A stretch of 63,914 bases of DNA, counting the filler, from Phoronis australis (Eukaryota > Animalia > Phoronida), in NCBI GenBank assembly GCA_002633005.1. It is 7 parts of 7 records of this genome, joined end to end, with 100 filler letters (N's around TTAATTAATTAA, not from the genome) between each part and the next. Parts side by side here need not be neighbours in the genome. Positions count along the whole stretch, not along the records: positions 1 to 26,982 come from NMRA01000015.1; 6 more parts are not named here. The stretch is one strand, 5' to 3'. This document shows positions 1-13,400 of the stretch, in pieces. The notes beneath the pieces were generated by a model, which searched no databases, had not been told where the DNA came from, and saw nothing but the letters and a program-made list of their open reading frames with translations. The position numbers and the translations under genes are program-made. Position 1 is the first letter of the stretch; each line of letters begins with the position of its first letter.

Positions 1-197
1 CTTTTTCGACGGTTTTTAGGCTTGTGTCGGGGTTCGTTACTTTGGAGCAAATGTCGAGCAGACAATCTTAGGATCTACTTGCCTATGCAGCTAGCTTTTT
101 AACTTGCCCATCGGGCAAGTACTTTTCAAATTCCACTTGCCCGATGCAAAATCTACATGTACACGGGCAATCGGGCAACCGTTGGTGTTGAGCCCTG
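1..197. mobile_element. Terminal part of a hAT-like non-autonomous element
   Basis: Ends ...gagccctg (CAGGGCTC on the minus strand); repeated subterminal acttgccc/gggcaa motifs shared with the 37635-39391 element. Confidence 0.5.
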
Positions 198-3100
198 TTA
201 TAATGTGTGTGTCCAAACTTGAAAGATTCCTATTGATAGTGGGCGTCCAAATGATACATTGGGCATCCTTGCCAGGGTGTCCATATTAGTGCTAGGGCGT
301 TCATTTGGACACCCAGGACGTAGGCTGCATATAAAAGGCCTGACTTGCTGTATCGAAGAACAAAACAAGGAGCCGGGCTCCACAAAATGAACCAAAACAA
401 TGAAGTTTAAGCACCATGCTGCAGGGTGCTTCCATGAAAATTCTATGCATCAGCCACAATATTTTATTTCTGTACTTGTTGCCCTGGAAACTGTACCCCC
501 TAAATTGACAATAACACCCATTTACAATTAGAACAGTTTATGTATTGTTACACTAGTATTGTGTAAGTAGTCCTTCTCTTATGTTCACTGTTGTGTAACA
601 TGAGAGCTAATGGTTAGGTCTTGTACTTGCCTTTCATCAGGTCAACAATGTGGTTAAGTTGGTCATATGGTTTGAGGAATGAAACAAGATATGATAAATA
701 TCATCATTTGTGGATTTTGGTATTGTGATAAGCAATGGTAGAAAGTTGTGTGTTAAGGCAGCGCACCAGTGTTGACGCATATCACTGCTTTGTGTTGTCT
801 TTTGAATGTGAACAAGCCAGTTCAGATTTTTACTGTCAGTAACACTAGTCCAGCAATTGGTCCATACAGTCCTTGTGTTTCAAGGGCACATGCGAATTTT
901 CACTCTACTATCTAGTTTAGGAATTACCATCAGTAATTACTTGGCGAAATTTTTTCTCAATCTGTCATCTTCAAACTTTTAGCGAAGTTGTGTTTTTGCT
1001 GCTGTCATTTGAGAATTTCTGCCAAACAAGTGGTCAATTTGACAAGGTGCTGAGACAACGAATTTTGAAAATGCTGATCAGCCACATTATATATTTCCAT
1101 CCACCTCATGCATGAAATTGAATTTTATGTTCGACTAAACTTTATGTCCACCAAACACTTTATCACCAATTAGTAAGAACTTTACACAGACGGTGGTTCT
1201 CTCAGCCAGCATTTCTTAACACATAAGCAGGTTAATTATTCTTCTCTCTGAAACAGTTGTGTTAATTGCCATGTTTTGACTTAGTAATTAGTAAAAGGTT
1301 GTCACTAATCACACTGATATTGATCAGGACTTTCTTTTGAACCTTAATGATTAGTTAGTAAGTCATTACCGTGTGTATAAAAGACCGCCCGCTAAATCCT
1401 GCTATTTCGGTTATGTCTCAAGGTTCCACCTGGTCGCCAGAATAGAATACATCAAGTTCATGCATTATAATAATGAATAATTTTAAACAATGTGAAACAA
1501 TATGGGCTGATGAAATCCTATCAGTTGGTAGCTATATACACCTGCTTTTATTTCACTGACAATAATAGTTTTGAAGTTCAGTCTTGCCTATATTATTCGC
1601 AGATTTTAGACCACAAAACTTCTGCTTGAGTTGTTGTCATTGAACCAACATTATCTGCCAGTTGTTGCCATTGAACCAACATTATCCGCCAGTTTTGCAG
1701 TGAAAAAATGCATCTTGGGATTATTGTTAAGATAGACTTCTTGAAATTCTTAGCTTTGACCAGATCTATAAAACAACAAAAGTTTTTGTTTTTAAAATTT
1801 TTATTACATAACATCAATTATCCACGTTGTCTGCAGGCATTCACTGGAGTCACCATTAAAAATTTAATACACTTATAATTAATTCTGCTACTAACATAAA
1901 ACAGTGGGCTGTTTGGCCCTGTGGCACACTAATTCTAATGTCTGTAGAATTACTTTTCTCACAGAAAATGTCCCCTTGTAAATAGACATTTAAAAGCGCC
2001 ACTCTTTGTTTGTTTTAACTCTGGCCTTATTGCAAGCATCTGTTTTCCTTGGCTTTTGTAAAAACACCAAACCCTGTGAGGGCTTCTTTTTGTTGTTGTT
2101 GAATTCTGCCAGTTGCCAGTTCACAGATTCCAAGCTTGATGTTATTGTTTCCAACTGCTGTCATATGTGTTTCCTGTATTTAGCATTTCTGGTATCAAGA
2201 GGGCTCAAATTCACCTTAGCAGGCACCAGGTCCTCTTACGTTTGTCTATCCCACTTACTGACCTTTGGATGTTTTCTTATAATGGAGATGATCCTGGGTG
2301 TTTTTTGTATTAAGCGGGGTATTAAATTGAGTTAAATTGTTTGAGCAGTCCCATTAAATGTTTTCTATTGCCAACTTAAAGCTCACTGACAACCACAAGA
2401 CTGAATTATATAGTTTTACTGCTGGTATTAGTCCAGTAATGTTTAATACCCTTGATATAAACCATGAAAAAGAAGTCTTTGAAGCCACCTGAGGTTGATT
2501 AAATGTACACTCACTGCTCATTTTATATCTTAAGATATATACCCTCTGTGCCTGGAGGTGTGTTTGGGGATATGAATGCTGAACTGCAGAACTTGAGAAC
2601 TGCTTGTCATATTGGATACATAAGGCACCTGTCAGTCATTGTATTGTGTTGGCCATAGTTGTGACTGTGTCTCAGCATATATTGTGAAGTATTGAGTATG
2701 AATTAGTCATCAAAAGTATTGCCACATTTCTTTTTTGCTGGAGTGATTATTGAACACTGGCTCTTTTATCCCGACTCACTGCAAACTAGCAAACAATTGG
2801 ATGAGACAAACCATATCCTTAGTGTTGGGACCTGTCCTAATAGTAGGTATAACTCTGTCTAGGGTTACACACGGAAATTACAGAAGGTATAACCATGTCT
2901 AGGGTTACCCAGGGAAACAATAATTATGTGAGCAAAGATGAATTTGATTTTGTCCAATTGATTTGTCAAGCTAGTTCAATTGTTATCAATTTCTAAATGT
3001 CATTGAGAATCCAAATAGAATAATAGTAAGTTAGTGGTATCTGGTATGAAGTTTTATTTACTTGTTTGACGGGGCCTGGTTTTGGGTAAATATGAACATT

Positions 3101-3754
3101 TATTTTTAGAACATGCTTTGAAACGCGCACATGAGAGATGAATAATCGACAATTGTTCTTATTTTTTTCATTGCATCCCTTCACGTCATCGGTCTCAGAT
3201 TTGCTTGTGTGGCCTAGCTAATGGGGAGTTTTAAAACACACATATCATATAACACAGTTTGTATAAAGTAAAAAAACATCGAAGGATACTTTTCTAGGTC
3301 AGTCTGATATGAGTCATTGTAAACTGGGTCAATAATTGTGACTTGTTTGAAGCTGAAATGTTAGAGATTATTGGTGTTTGGTAAATTATCCACCAAATGT
3401 ACAATGTTTACGAACACACCTAGTTGCATTGGATAAGAACCGAGTCCTTTCCAATTGTCAGTTGAGAGTTTTTGAACAGCAATGAACTCACAAGGATTAA
3501 TGAATGATTGCACGAAGTAGTAAATATTGGTGTGCATTTTGTATTTACACCAATGGAGTACTTGTGACAAGAACTCTTCTCTTATACAATGGAAATAGGA
3601 GTTTTACATGTACTTAATGCTCCCTTAGTTCAACATTCCAGCCTCACGGACCAATCATTTCCACAGGAGCCATTTTGTTAGTGATCTTATCTGTGAAACA
3701 CTTGAACTTGTATGATGTGTTGTAATTTGCTCTTTGGAAATGGACTGCAACCCT

Positions 3755-3995
3755 GAGTATTCATTCTTGAGATAGAATTATGTGTATTGTACTGGAAGTT
3801 AGGCAAGCCAGTATTCATTGTTGAGATAAAATTATGCTGGAGGTTAGACAAGCCAGTATTCATTCTTGAGATAGAATTATGTGTATCTTGCTGTAGGTTA
3901 GACAAGCCAGTATTCATTCTTGAGATAGAATTATGTTTATTGTGCTGGAGGTTAGACAAGCCAGTATTCATTTTTGAGATAGAATTATGTGTATA
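3755..3995. repeat. Minisatellite, ~54-bp unit, ~4.5 copies
   Basis: gtattcattcttgagatagaattatg recurs at 3757, 3811, 3856, 3910, 3964. Confidence 0.9.
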
Positions 3996-4409
3996 GAGCT
4001 TAGGTTTTCAGTGCTTTTTAAAATCATGGTTGTTTTATTTCACTCATCCAATCAAGTCTGAGCTGCAATGGTTTAAGCTGCTACATTAGTAGTGTGATGG
4101 CTTTGTCTCAAAAATCTGTTTCCATGTTTAGCGTCCATCACATTTTTAAGGAATGAGTTAGGTTCATCTCATAAACAATGATTAAATGGCACAGAATTTA
4201 TAAGAAAACAAATGGATATGCCGTATAGCGTTACCTTGGAATTTTTTTTGCTGGTAAATCACACCTCTGAATTATCTCTCAATTAGATGGCATGTGAAGG
4301 CTACACTATCAAAAACAAAGTATATAGATCTACAAAAGACCATCTGTTGAGCTTTACTGTGTCTATGTGCAGTGTGGATATATCTGTTGATATAACGTTT
4401 GTCTTGCAG

Positions 4410-7400
4410 GTCTGCCTAAGTTGACTGACAGTCCACAGTTGCGAACACCAAGGCGCCCCAGTAAAGAGCCAGAGCAAGAGAGTAATGTCCAAAATCCACC
4501 CCCGCCTCCTGAACGGCCACGGAAATCTCTGCTGCCCCGTCCCACTACCTATGACCCCGCAACTCAGCTGGAGATGCAGAATGGTCTGCGCGGTGGAGGA
4601 GCCGTCGACTCAACTCAGGACGACGACTTTGCGGCGAAACAACGGCAGATTGCCCGTGACACAAGCACAGAAACCTTTGCACCAGCACCGCCACCATTAC
4701 TACCTCGCAACTCTCGCCCACCTCCGCCTGTGCCGGAGCCTGTGAGTAGTTAACAGTATTGGACAGTATCTTGGGAGCTGAGACCTCCGAACAGTACTCG
4801 AGATTCCACTTGAAAACTGACCTATCCCATCACATCAAAATTGAAAGCTTACTCGAAGCAAGCCATGTGATTGGGCAATAGGGTAAAGTTTGGAGATGTC
4901 TTAGGGCTCCCCAGAAGTAACAGTAATGACCACAGTGTACAGCAATGACAACACTGTTATGTTGCATCTCAAAAAAGAGGCTTTAGACATGGTTAAACAT
5001 ACTTTCATTTTGTTAAATTCTGTTTTCTATAAAAACTGGACTCGATCTGCATAAGATCTTTCGGGAGTTATGGTTGCTCTTTTCTCATATTGTGTTTGTA
5101 GTGCACACTGTCTTATGGAAATATATAACACACCCTCAGTTTGGTCCCTGTTATGTCAGACTATTGACTTGTCTGTTATATTGTTACATTAGGATCATCT
5201 GAAAGTTACATAGTACCTAACCGAGCTTTGGTATTGTAAAAACATCAGTCCAAATTGTTGAATGTAAAAGTTTATATTTCTTTATTCACAGATGGATGAC
5301 TCTGACCATTACAGTGATATAGACTACAAAGAGGATATGCAGTAAGTAAATAGTGCAATTTTCACTACTCAACCTTGTCACACTTGCGAGGACCCATTAG
5401 TGTAGATTAATGAAAATTAAAAATCGGGGTGTCATTAAACTGTTTCAATCTGTTTCTGTTTCTGTGGTGACGTCAGAGGGTAGGCACCGGGATAGTCTCT
5501 GGCCTTCCTCCTTCCAGTATCACACGCAATGTAAATTTGGAGATGCAACCAAGTTCGTGCTGGTTACACACTCTCCGCTCCTTTCCCCTGGTACGAGTTT
5601 TTGCTGCATCTCCGTATTGCCATCCTCGCTCTATGAGGCGCTTTGTTGCCCATCTCTCCCGCTGTTGTACAATCTCGGCATCTTTAAGCCATTCACGCAC
5701 TCTGGATATTACATCTGCTGGTGTGAGGAGCAGGTCGGCAATCGGTTCTGCGATGCCTGCATTAAACTAAGCATACTAGGTGTTTAAAAGTGAAACTTTT
5801 GAGATGTCAGATAGGTGTTTACACAAACAACAAGAAGTTGTAATTGATATAGAACTCACGTCATGTGACAAGGTTAATTTTGAAAGGTTGCCAGAATGCA
5901 GAGAGTGCACGACTTGTGAAGTATGAGAGTAAAGTATGTCTATGTAATGCATTGTTACAGTAGTTATTCAGACAGTTATACCTGTCATCGACTTCAGGTT
6001 GTCAATCGCATTAAATTTTGATTGGGTAAAAATTATCCCAATGTCCAGGTTGTCAAACTGTGGTTTTTGTTCTGCAGAAGCGATGGTCTGTCAATTGACG
6101 ACGACAACTACGAAGTGCCCACAAATATAGCAGAGACACCTAGTGGTAGTCTTGACCTCCTGGTTGGTAACACTCGACCAAAGAAGCCAGATACAGGTAA
6201 GGTTTCATGTCACATGGTGTAATATGACAGTTGTAAGCAGGCATGTGATGGAGTTTCTGCCGCTGCATTTTTTGTTTGTCGGGGGAAATTCACATTCCTC
6301 AATTATTACCATGAAATGAGATGTGTGTTACATATTGTTCATACTTTAGATTGACACTTTCAGATTTAAGCATATTAAATTAGGCATTAGGGGATAGGGT
6401 TAACTGTCCGCAAAAAATTGTGAATTATCTAAAAAGTTGGTGGAGTTATTGGAATAGAAGTCTCAGTGAGAGGGAAGTGGGGAACTTTTGTTGAAAATGT
6501 TCGTATTTGGTGAATTTGTGAGTGAGTCTCAATTAATTGTGTTGTGACAGGTCAAAGTTGAAATGAGATGGTGGAGCTCTACACTGCAATATATTCAGAG
6601 AGTATCCTTAGTAAGGCAGATTTATCAAGGATTGTTAATTTGAATACTATTTCCTGTTGGGATTAATCTAAATGAGCTGCTTGTCTAACAAAGTGTAAAA
6701 GGTAAGTATTCCAGTCCTACAAAATAGCGTTTTTTTGTCCTGATGGCTTCTAATTTTGTGGACAGCAAAAAGGACTGGTAACTACTATTGGGGCAAAAAA
6801 TTTCTAATTACAGGTTGGCTTTGCCACCTTACTAACTTTCTTATTAATTTCCCTTCATTCTTGGTCATCAGGGGAGACTACTCTGACGATCATCAAGGGA
6901 GACTACTCTGATGATGAATTCCACTTCTCACCAGGTGTTGTGACGGGGAATTCCAGGTCATTTTGTGTGAATGCTTTTGGTTTGTACTATATATCTACTT
7001 CCTGTTCGGCTTCAGACAGCAACAGTGGCACCTCCTATGAGTCGTATGATGAGCAGGAGAGTCGTGATGTCATCGACGACGACAGTGGCGTCAGCAGCAC
7101 GAAGCGCGAGGATACCCCAGAGGCACCCGCGGCTGAAAAACGTAAATCACGCAGCGACATTCCATTACCAAGGTTAGTAACATCTATGGATGCCTCCTTG
7201 TATGCCTTTACATAAGGGTTCTCCCATAGCGGGAGCTCATATGCATGTAATGTAGGTGGGTGATGTTCCGCAGCCATTACCTTATAAGGGTATTTCCCTC
7301 TCGGGTGCAATGTAAAGTATTTTATTCTCAGGTATTGCATAGTGTGGATATTGGGCCTAGTCTTGAGTGGGTGTTATAGCTTTGTTTTCAGTGGTATTGG

Positions 7401-10400
7401 CTCAAGTAAGATTTTTATTCTTTTATTATTGTCTCGGGTAGCCATTTTCTTGGTTGTCCAGGCATTGTGTTTGGGTTTTGAATGCATTGCACAACTTTCC
7501 TTGTCAGTTGTTGGAGGAGGGACCCTTGCAACATGTAATTTTTCATTTTGGCTCATAAACATGAAGGGCACGTGTATAAAGTTGAAGTAAAATTTTGTAA
7601 CCTCCACTTATAAAACATCGTAGATTACTTATAGGCAAGAATTCATTAAAGATACAAAACTTATAAAGGCACATGCGATTATTCCTAATATAACCACAGT
7701 TTTGCATAGTGGTACATTATTCTAAATGCACACATATGTGGTATGCATTTTGACATGCAGACGACAATCCATCCTACAAATCATTGTGTTTGTAATTCAA
7801 AGAAGACTATAGAAAATTTGATTGTATTTATTTGAAGTTTTTCTATATGTTGTGTGGACTACTATTCGGTATCTTAAATAATACACAGTGGAAAGTTTTT
7901 GAATTTTCTATTCATTTCACAGTCATTCTGTATCAGTGGCAGAATCCTACATCCTCTGCATAGTGCTGACTTTTCATCTAGTATATAGTGTGTTAACCTG
8001 GCAATGGTATTCAGTAATTCAGTTTCCTTGCTTAAAACATCTAGTCAGACAGTATAGACACATATTACATCCAACAATGTTTGATTTAGATCACTTACCA
8101 GTTAATCGGTCTCAGTTAATAACATGCTCAGATGAGAAGTGATTTCAGAGTTTGCACAGAACTTAGCTTAGCCTGAGCCATGTTGCCTACTGATTAATCT
8201 AAGTTTCAAGCTATAGCCACCCGGTTAGTCTTCCCAAACTTAAAAACAACCTGTAATACAAGTGAGGAACGGTTGAGACTTGCATTTTACTCTCTGGTAA
8301 GTGGTCTGAATCAAAATTCATTTTCGTCAGACGACAACGGGTTATAATATTTTTAACTAGTTGTGGCATCTCGTAATGTTTTCAAAACATCACGGTCAAC
8401 AAATAAAAGTGGTGGTAGTTCAACTGTTTCTTTATTATAAGATAACTTTAACAATAAATAACGGATAAATGTAACTTGTGTCACTGATGTTGATTAGCAT
8501 GGACAATGTTGAACCTGGATTCCTCCAACGGTAAGCCTGGTGTATCTCACACTTTGTCATTCTCTGTAACGCAGATGTTATGGTATTCTCTCTTCATGTC
8601 ATTGAAGACTAATCTGCAAAATTGTAATTTTTCATTTTTGAAAAGTTAGTTGCATTCTTGATCAATTTGGTAAACATTTTCCTTAAGTCTTCTTACGGTT
8701 GTTTTACAGTTAAAGCATACTATAATAAAAATTGAGCCAAATGGACTTAGTTTTTGAATTTCTGTATTTGTTGACTGATTTGACAAAGCAAGATTCTTGT
8801 TATTGACTGCTAATTGAAGAGTGTTTACTTGACATGCTTGTCTTTTTACAATCTTCATAATAATTTCTTTCTCACTTTCTTCATCTGTGGTATTGATGTT
8901 GGGAGTTGTGTCTCTCTTCCTTAATTAATTATAACATTATGCATTAGATCAGGATATTGTGGTGTGGTGTACTAACATTAGACTTCAGATCTTGTAGAGC
9001 TTTCGTTATCCAACTGAGGGTAATTTAATTTATTTATTGTTTAATTTATATACTTTATTATAGTGCCAAGCTTACATAACTTGAGTGTTTATTATTTGAT
9101 AACCGTTGGTTTTATATTCTGTATATGCTGGTTGTTGAAAATGTTCTTCAATCTTTGTTTGCCTTTTGTATTGTTGTGGGTAGTTTTTGGTTCATTTTAT
9201 TTAATACAACATTTGTAAAAACTTGTTCGTCACGAACATAAGTTTGAATGTTTTAAGTCATCCAATTGAGTTTGTTCTGAAGGATTACTACTTATTAATT
9301 GATCCAGATTGTTAGTTCATTTTGAGTGCAGAGTGACGGGGTGCTGTATGGACTTGCTTTGGAAGTCTTGCCTTTTTATAACCCAAAAGCCATGTGTGCT
9401 TTTAAAAAGTCTATAGCGATAATACGGTATATAGAAAAAAATGAAAAACATGATTATTTTCTCTAAAACACGTAACACATAGTTGAGATCATTGTGGGCC
9501 ATGTACTCGTGCACGTTTTTTTCATGGGCCATTAACAGTTACTGTAGTTAAGATGAGCTGGCAAGTTATACAGTGTGCGCTGCATAGTGCCTCATTAATG
9601 AAGCCCGATAAGTGTTTAATTGGTTCAGACTTGAATAAAAATGAAAACCCGTTTCCTCCAGTTGGTAAATACTGTCGCAAAACAATAAAATGACTTCATC
9701 CAATTATATTAAGAATCAAATGCATAGTATATACAAAAAAAAACTTGTCTGTTTGGGTTCATTACTGATGTGAATCTAATTGAATGCATTCAACATCATT
9801 CTTTCAGAATCAAGTCAAAACGAAAAAAGAAAAAATCTGGCAAAGAGGGACATGAGAATGAACCTGCACTGCCGCCGTCGTCCACGGTGACGGCCATCAA
9901 GAACGTAATGTGTCGTGGCAACCTCTATCAAAAGCGTAAACTGATGTGGGTGCGACGTTACTGTGTCCTGGCGGACAAAGCATTACTTATCTATAACAGT
10001 GAACGCGATACTCGGGCGCTGTCCAACATTCCACTGGATGGCACAGATGTACTCTATTTGGACAAGGAGGGTCGTAGGTGCCACGTGGTGCGACTGGCTC
10101 AACCTGTCCAGGAGACGCACTGGTTCAGTGCCGAGACAAAGGAAGAGACAGAGATTTGGTTTGAGGTAAGTGCTGGCATCTTGGAACATGTTTGCGATTA
10201 AAGTCTTAGGCTGAATGCCTTTACTCGAGTCTCGACTCAATCAAATTGCGTAAAATTAATTTTGTTTTTCTGTCCTGAGTTTGCTACCATAGGTCGATGC
10301 TTTGCCTTGCATCAGCGTAAAACAATGTGATCTTGCGTGATTTTGCCATACTCGTGAGATGCTGAGCCATATATATAGATATATAGAGTGCTCACCCCCG

Positions 10401-13400
10401 CCTGAGATTCATCACTGATTAGAAGACTGACTCATTAAATCATTGTATTCATTTCTGTTTCAGCACTTGCTGAATGCTGCTGGTCTGTCAACAGATGACG
10501 CTGCTGAGAGTGAGAGCCGTTCTATCTCTAGTGCTGATAAAATACTTGGCTCAGATCAACATCCACCTCTGGTGCCCACTGTTTCGAATGAACAAAAGGT
10601 AAGCTGTGATGAGCGACGCGATGCTTGCTATTCTGTCTAGTACAAGAGAATGGCAATTATTGTGATGTAGTTTTGTTGTCATGTTTATACTATTTATATT
10701 CCTTTCCGCTTCTTATTTTCCTGAACATGAAATCAAGAAATGTCAGAAATATTTATTTGATTTTTAACATTTCCATGTCCATTACCCTAGTTGATCACTG
10801 CAAAGTGACTTGATGTTACTATTAAAAGAATTGTAGCATTATTTACTCTTCTCATCTTGTCATATAATCTGCCACTGGGTGGCGTTGCAGTTTTCGTATT
10901 TTTTCATTAAAATGATTTACAGTATCAGAATGATGATTTACCATGTAGAATTGCTGTACCATAGCTAACAACAGAAAATATTTTGAAAAATTATGGGCAC
11001 TCACAACAATGTTGGAAACCCTTGAAAGCATGAAAAAGTGCAATTTTAGCAATTATTTATGTTCAAAGTTGGAGAAATTTTACTACAGTGTTTGGTTGTT
11101 TGTGAATGTCACGTCAGTCGTGTAATATTTTGCTCTTACAGGAGAAGGGCTCCACTTCTACTTTATCTCATGGAAGTGAAGAAGGTAGCACCAGTACAGA
11201 TCAACTACCCATCTCTCCAAACTTTACGCGTACGTTTATGATTTCAAAATTCTTTGTAGTTCATGACATGATCATGGCATTATGTGAGCGAGTTGGTACA
11301 CCTGTCTATGGCTCTGTTGGCTTTACAACAGGCCAAAGGGCTTCATTGTCCGACTGTATCAAACACTCCCTAACAGGGAATCAACTGTGCTCCTTAATAC
11401 CCCACATTTGTGGACAGGTTCTACTTTCTAATGCTATCACGTCTTCATTACTAAGTCAATTTTTAGCTTTGATACACACCGAGAGTAAAATCTGCTCTGA
11501 ATTCTCAGTATTATTGAAAGTAAACAGGATAATTACCTTTTCATGCAACGTGCCTTAGAGAATAAGTCCCTATTTATTTTCATTTAGTTTTAAGATTAGT
11601 AAAGAGGATCTGGTAATAAAAATAATTATGTAGAAAACATTACATTAATGAGCAAACACAGATACAACTGCACAAAGGATTTTGGGATTTTGAGTCTTTA
11701 TTTGCGATCATTTCATGCCTACCAGACACTGGTGACCAAATATTAAGGAGCAATGGTACACAGATCGTCCCATCTGCCTCTTGCATTGAATTAACACTGT
11801 TGTTTTTGTTGACTATAGAGGGCGACACTTCTCCTAAGAATAAGAAGGGTATCAGTGACAAGCTAAGCTCGTTTTTCTCCATCGGTAAAAAGAAAGGCAA
11901 GAGAGCTACTCAGGTGATAAGTACCGATGTTGAGCCTGTAGAGGGCTCTCTCTACTCCCCAGTCACTTTCGAGGGTGTTACTCCGTCAATTTCAATAGCA
12001 GGTATGAGAGTGATGTATAGTGACTTCTCTGTAGACACTCTTTGGTCTAAATTTTAAGAGTTAGTAAATACTGTTTGGGATTATTAAAATAAAATATATT
12101 TTTTAAACTGATTCTTGTATAGCGTCAATTATAAATAGATTGTTTACATTAGTGATTGCCTATCAATTTAAATCAGTCATCTTATTCTTAAGTTAATAAA
12201 CAATCCTGGTATTGGGATACCCGTTAAATGAAATTTTCTGTACTGTTGTTTTTCTAATTCTACCACAACATGTTGCAGATAAAAAATTTGATTTTAGGAC
12301 AAAAATATGTTTCTCTGTATCTTGAAATGCTTCTGCTAATGCCTAAGTTTTTGATTGTTGCTTGGTGACAGCTTTGCTGTACAAACAATTTGCTAAAATT
12401 ATTTTTATTCAGAAATTTGATGAAAATGAAATTTCCCTTGTCCACCTTGTTGTTTTCTGGAAACCAAAGAATTTTTATCGTCCCTATTTCCAATCTCTTC
12501 TCTACAAGGTCGTTTCAAGGTGATGCGCGACCCCGAGTCGGAAGAATGGGAGGAGATGTATTGTCAGGTGAAGAATGGATTGTTCGAGGTGTACGAGCAT
12601 CACACGGACAGCAAGGACGTCCTCACCTTCCCCCTCTTTGGCTGCGAGGTGCTCGAGGCACCGGAGGTCAAAAGGGACCTCGCTATCAAGATAGCTCAGG
12701 GCGGCAACCAGAAACTCGTCTTTGAGGTATTACAGTACATGCCAAAAATATTTGGATGGAATTTTGTGTACCAATCATGATAGTAATGATGTGTGGTAAC
12801 AACTGGTCAGTCCTGCTGATGTGGTGGACAACTGGTCAGTCCTACTAATGTGGTGGNGGTGAAGAATGGATTGTTCGAGGTGTACGAGCATCACACGGAC
12901 AGCAAGGACGTCCTCACCTTCCCCCTCTTTGGCTGCGAGGTGCTCGAGGCACCGGAGGTCAAAAGGGACCTCGCTATCAAGATAGCTCAGGGCGGCAACC
13001 AGAAACTCGTCTTTGAGGTATTACAGTACATGTCAAAAATATTTGGATGGAATTTTGTGTATCAATCATGATGGTAATAATGTGTGGTAACAACTGGTCA
13101 GTCCTGCTGATGTGGTGGACAACTGGTCAGTCCTACTAATGTGGTGGTGGACAACTGGTCAGTCCTGCTAATGTAGTGGACAACTGATCAGTCCTGCTAA
13201 TGTGGTGGACAACTGGTCAGTCCTGCTAATGTGGTGGACAACTGGTCAGTCCTGCTAATATAGTGGTGGAGTGGGTTTGTTTTCAGTGTTCTAACTATGA
13301 ATTCTGTCTACACTGCTTGACATGACAGGGTATTCCGGGTCATTTTGTCCTTGTTTGGGTGTGTGGGTAGATACAGGGTTTAGGTTTATGCTGTGGAATT

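Noticed and set aside
3687-3996. Repeat-protein ORFs on both strands (also 26597-26960)
   Set aside because: By-products of minisatellites whose unit length is divisible by three
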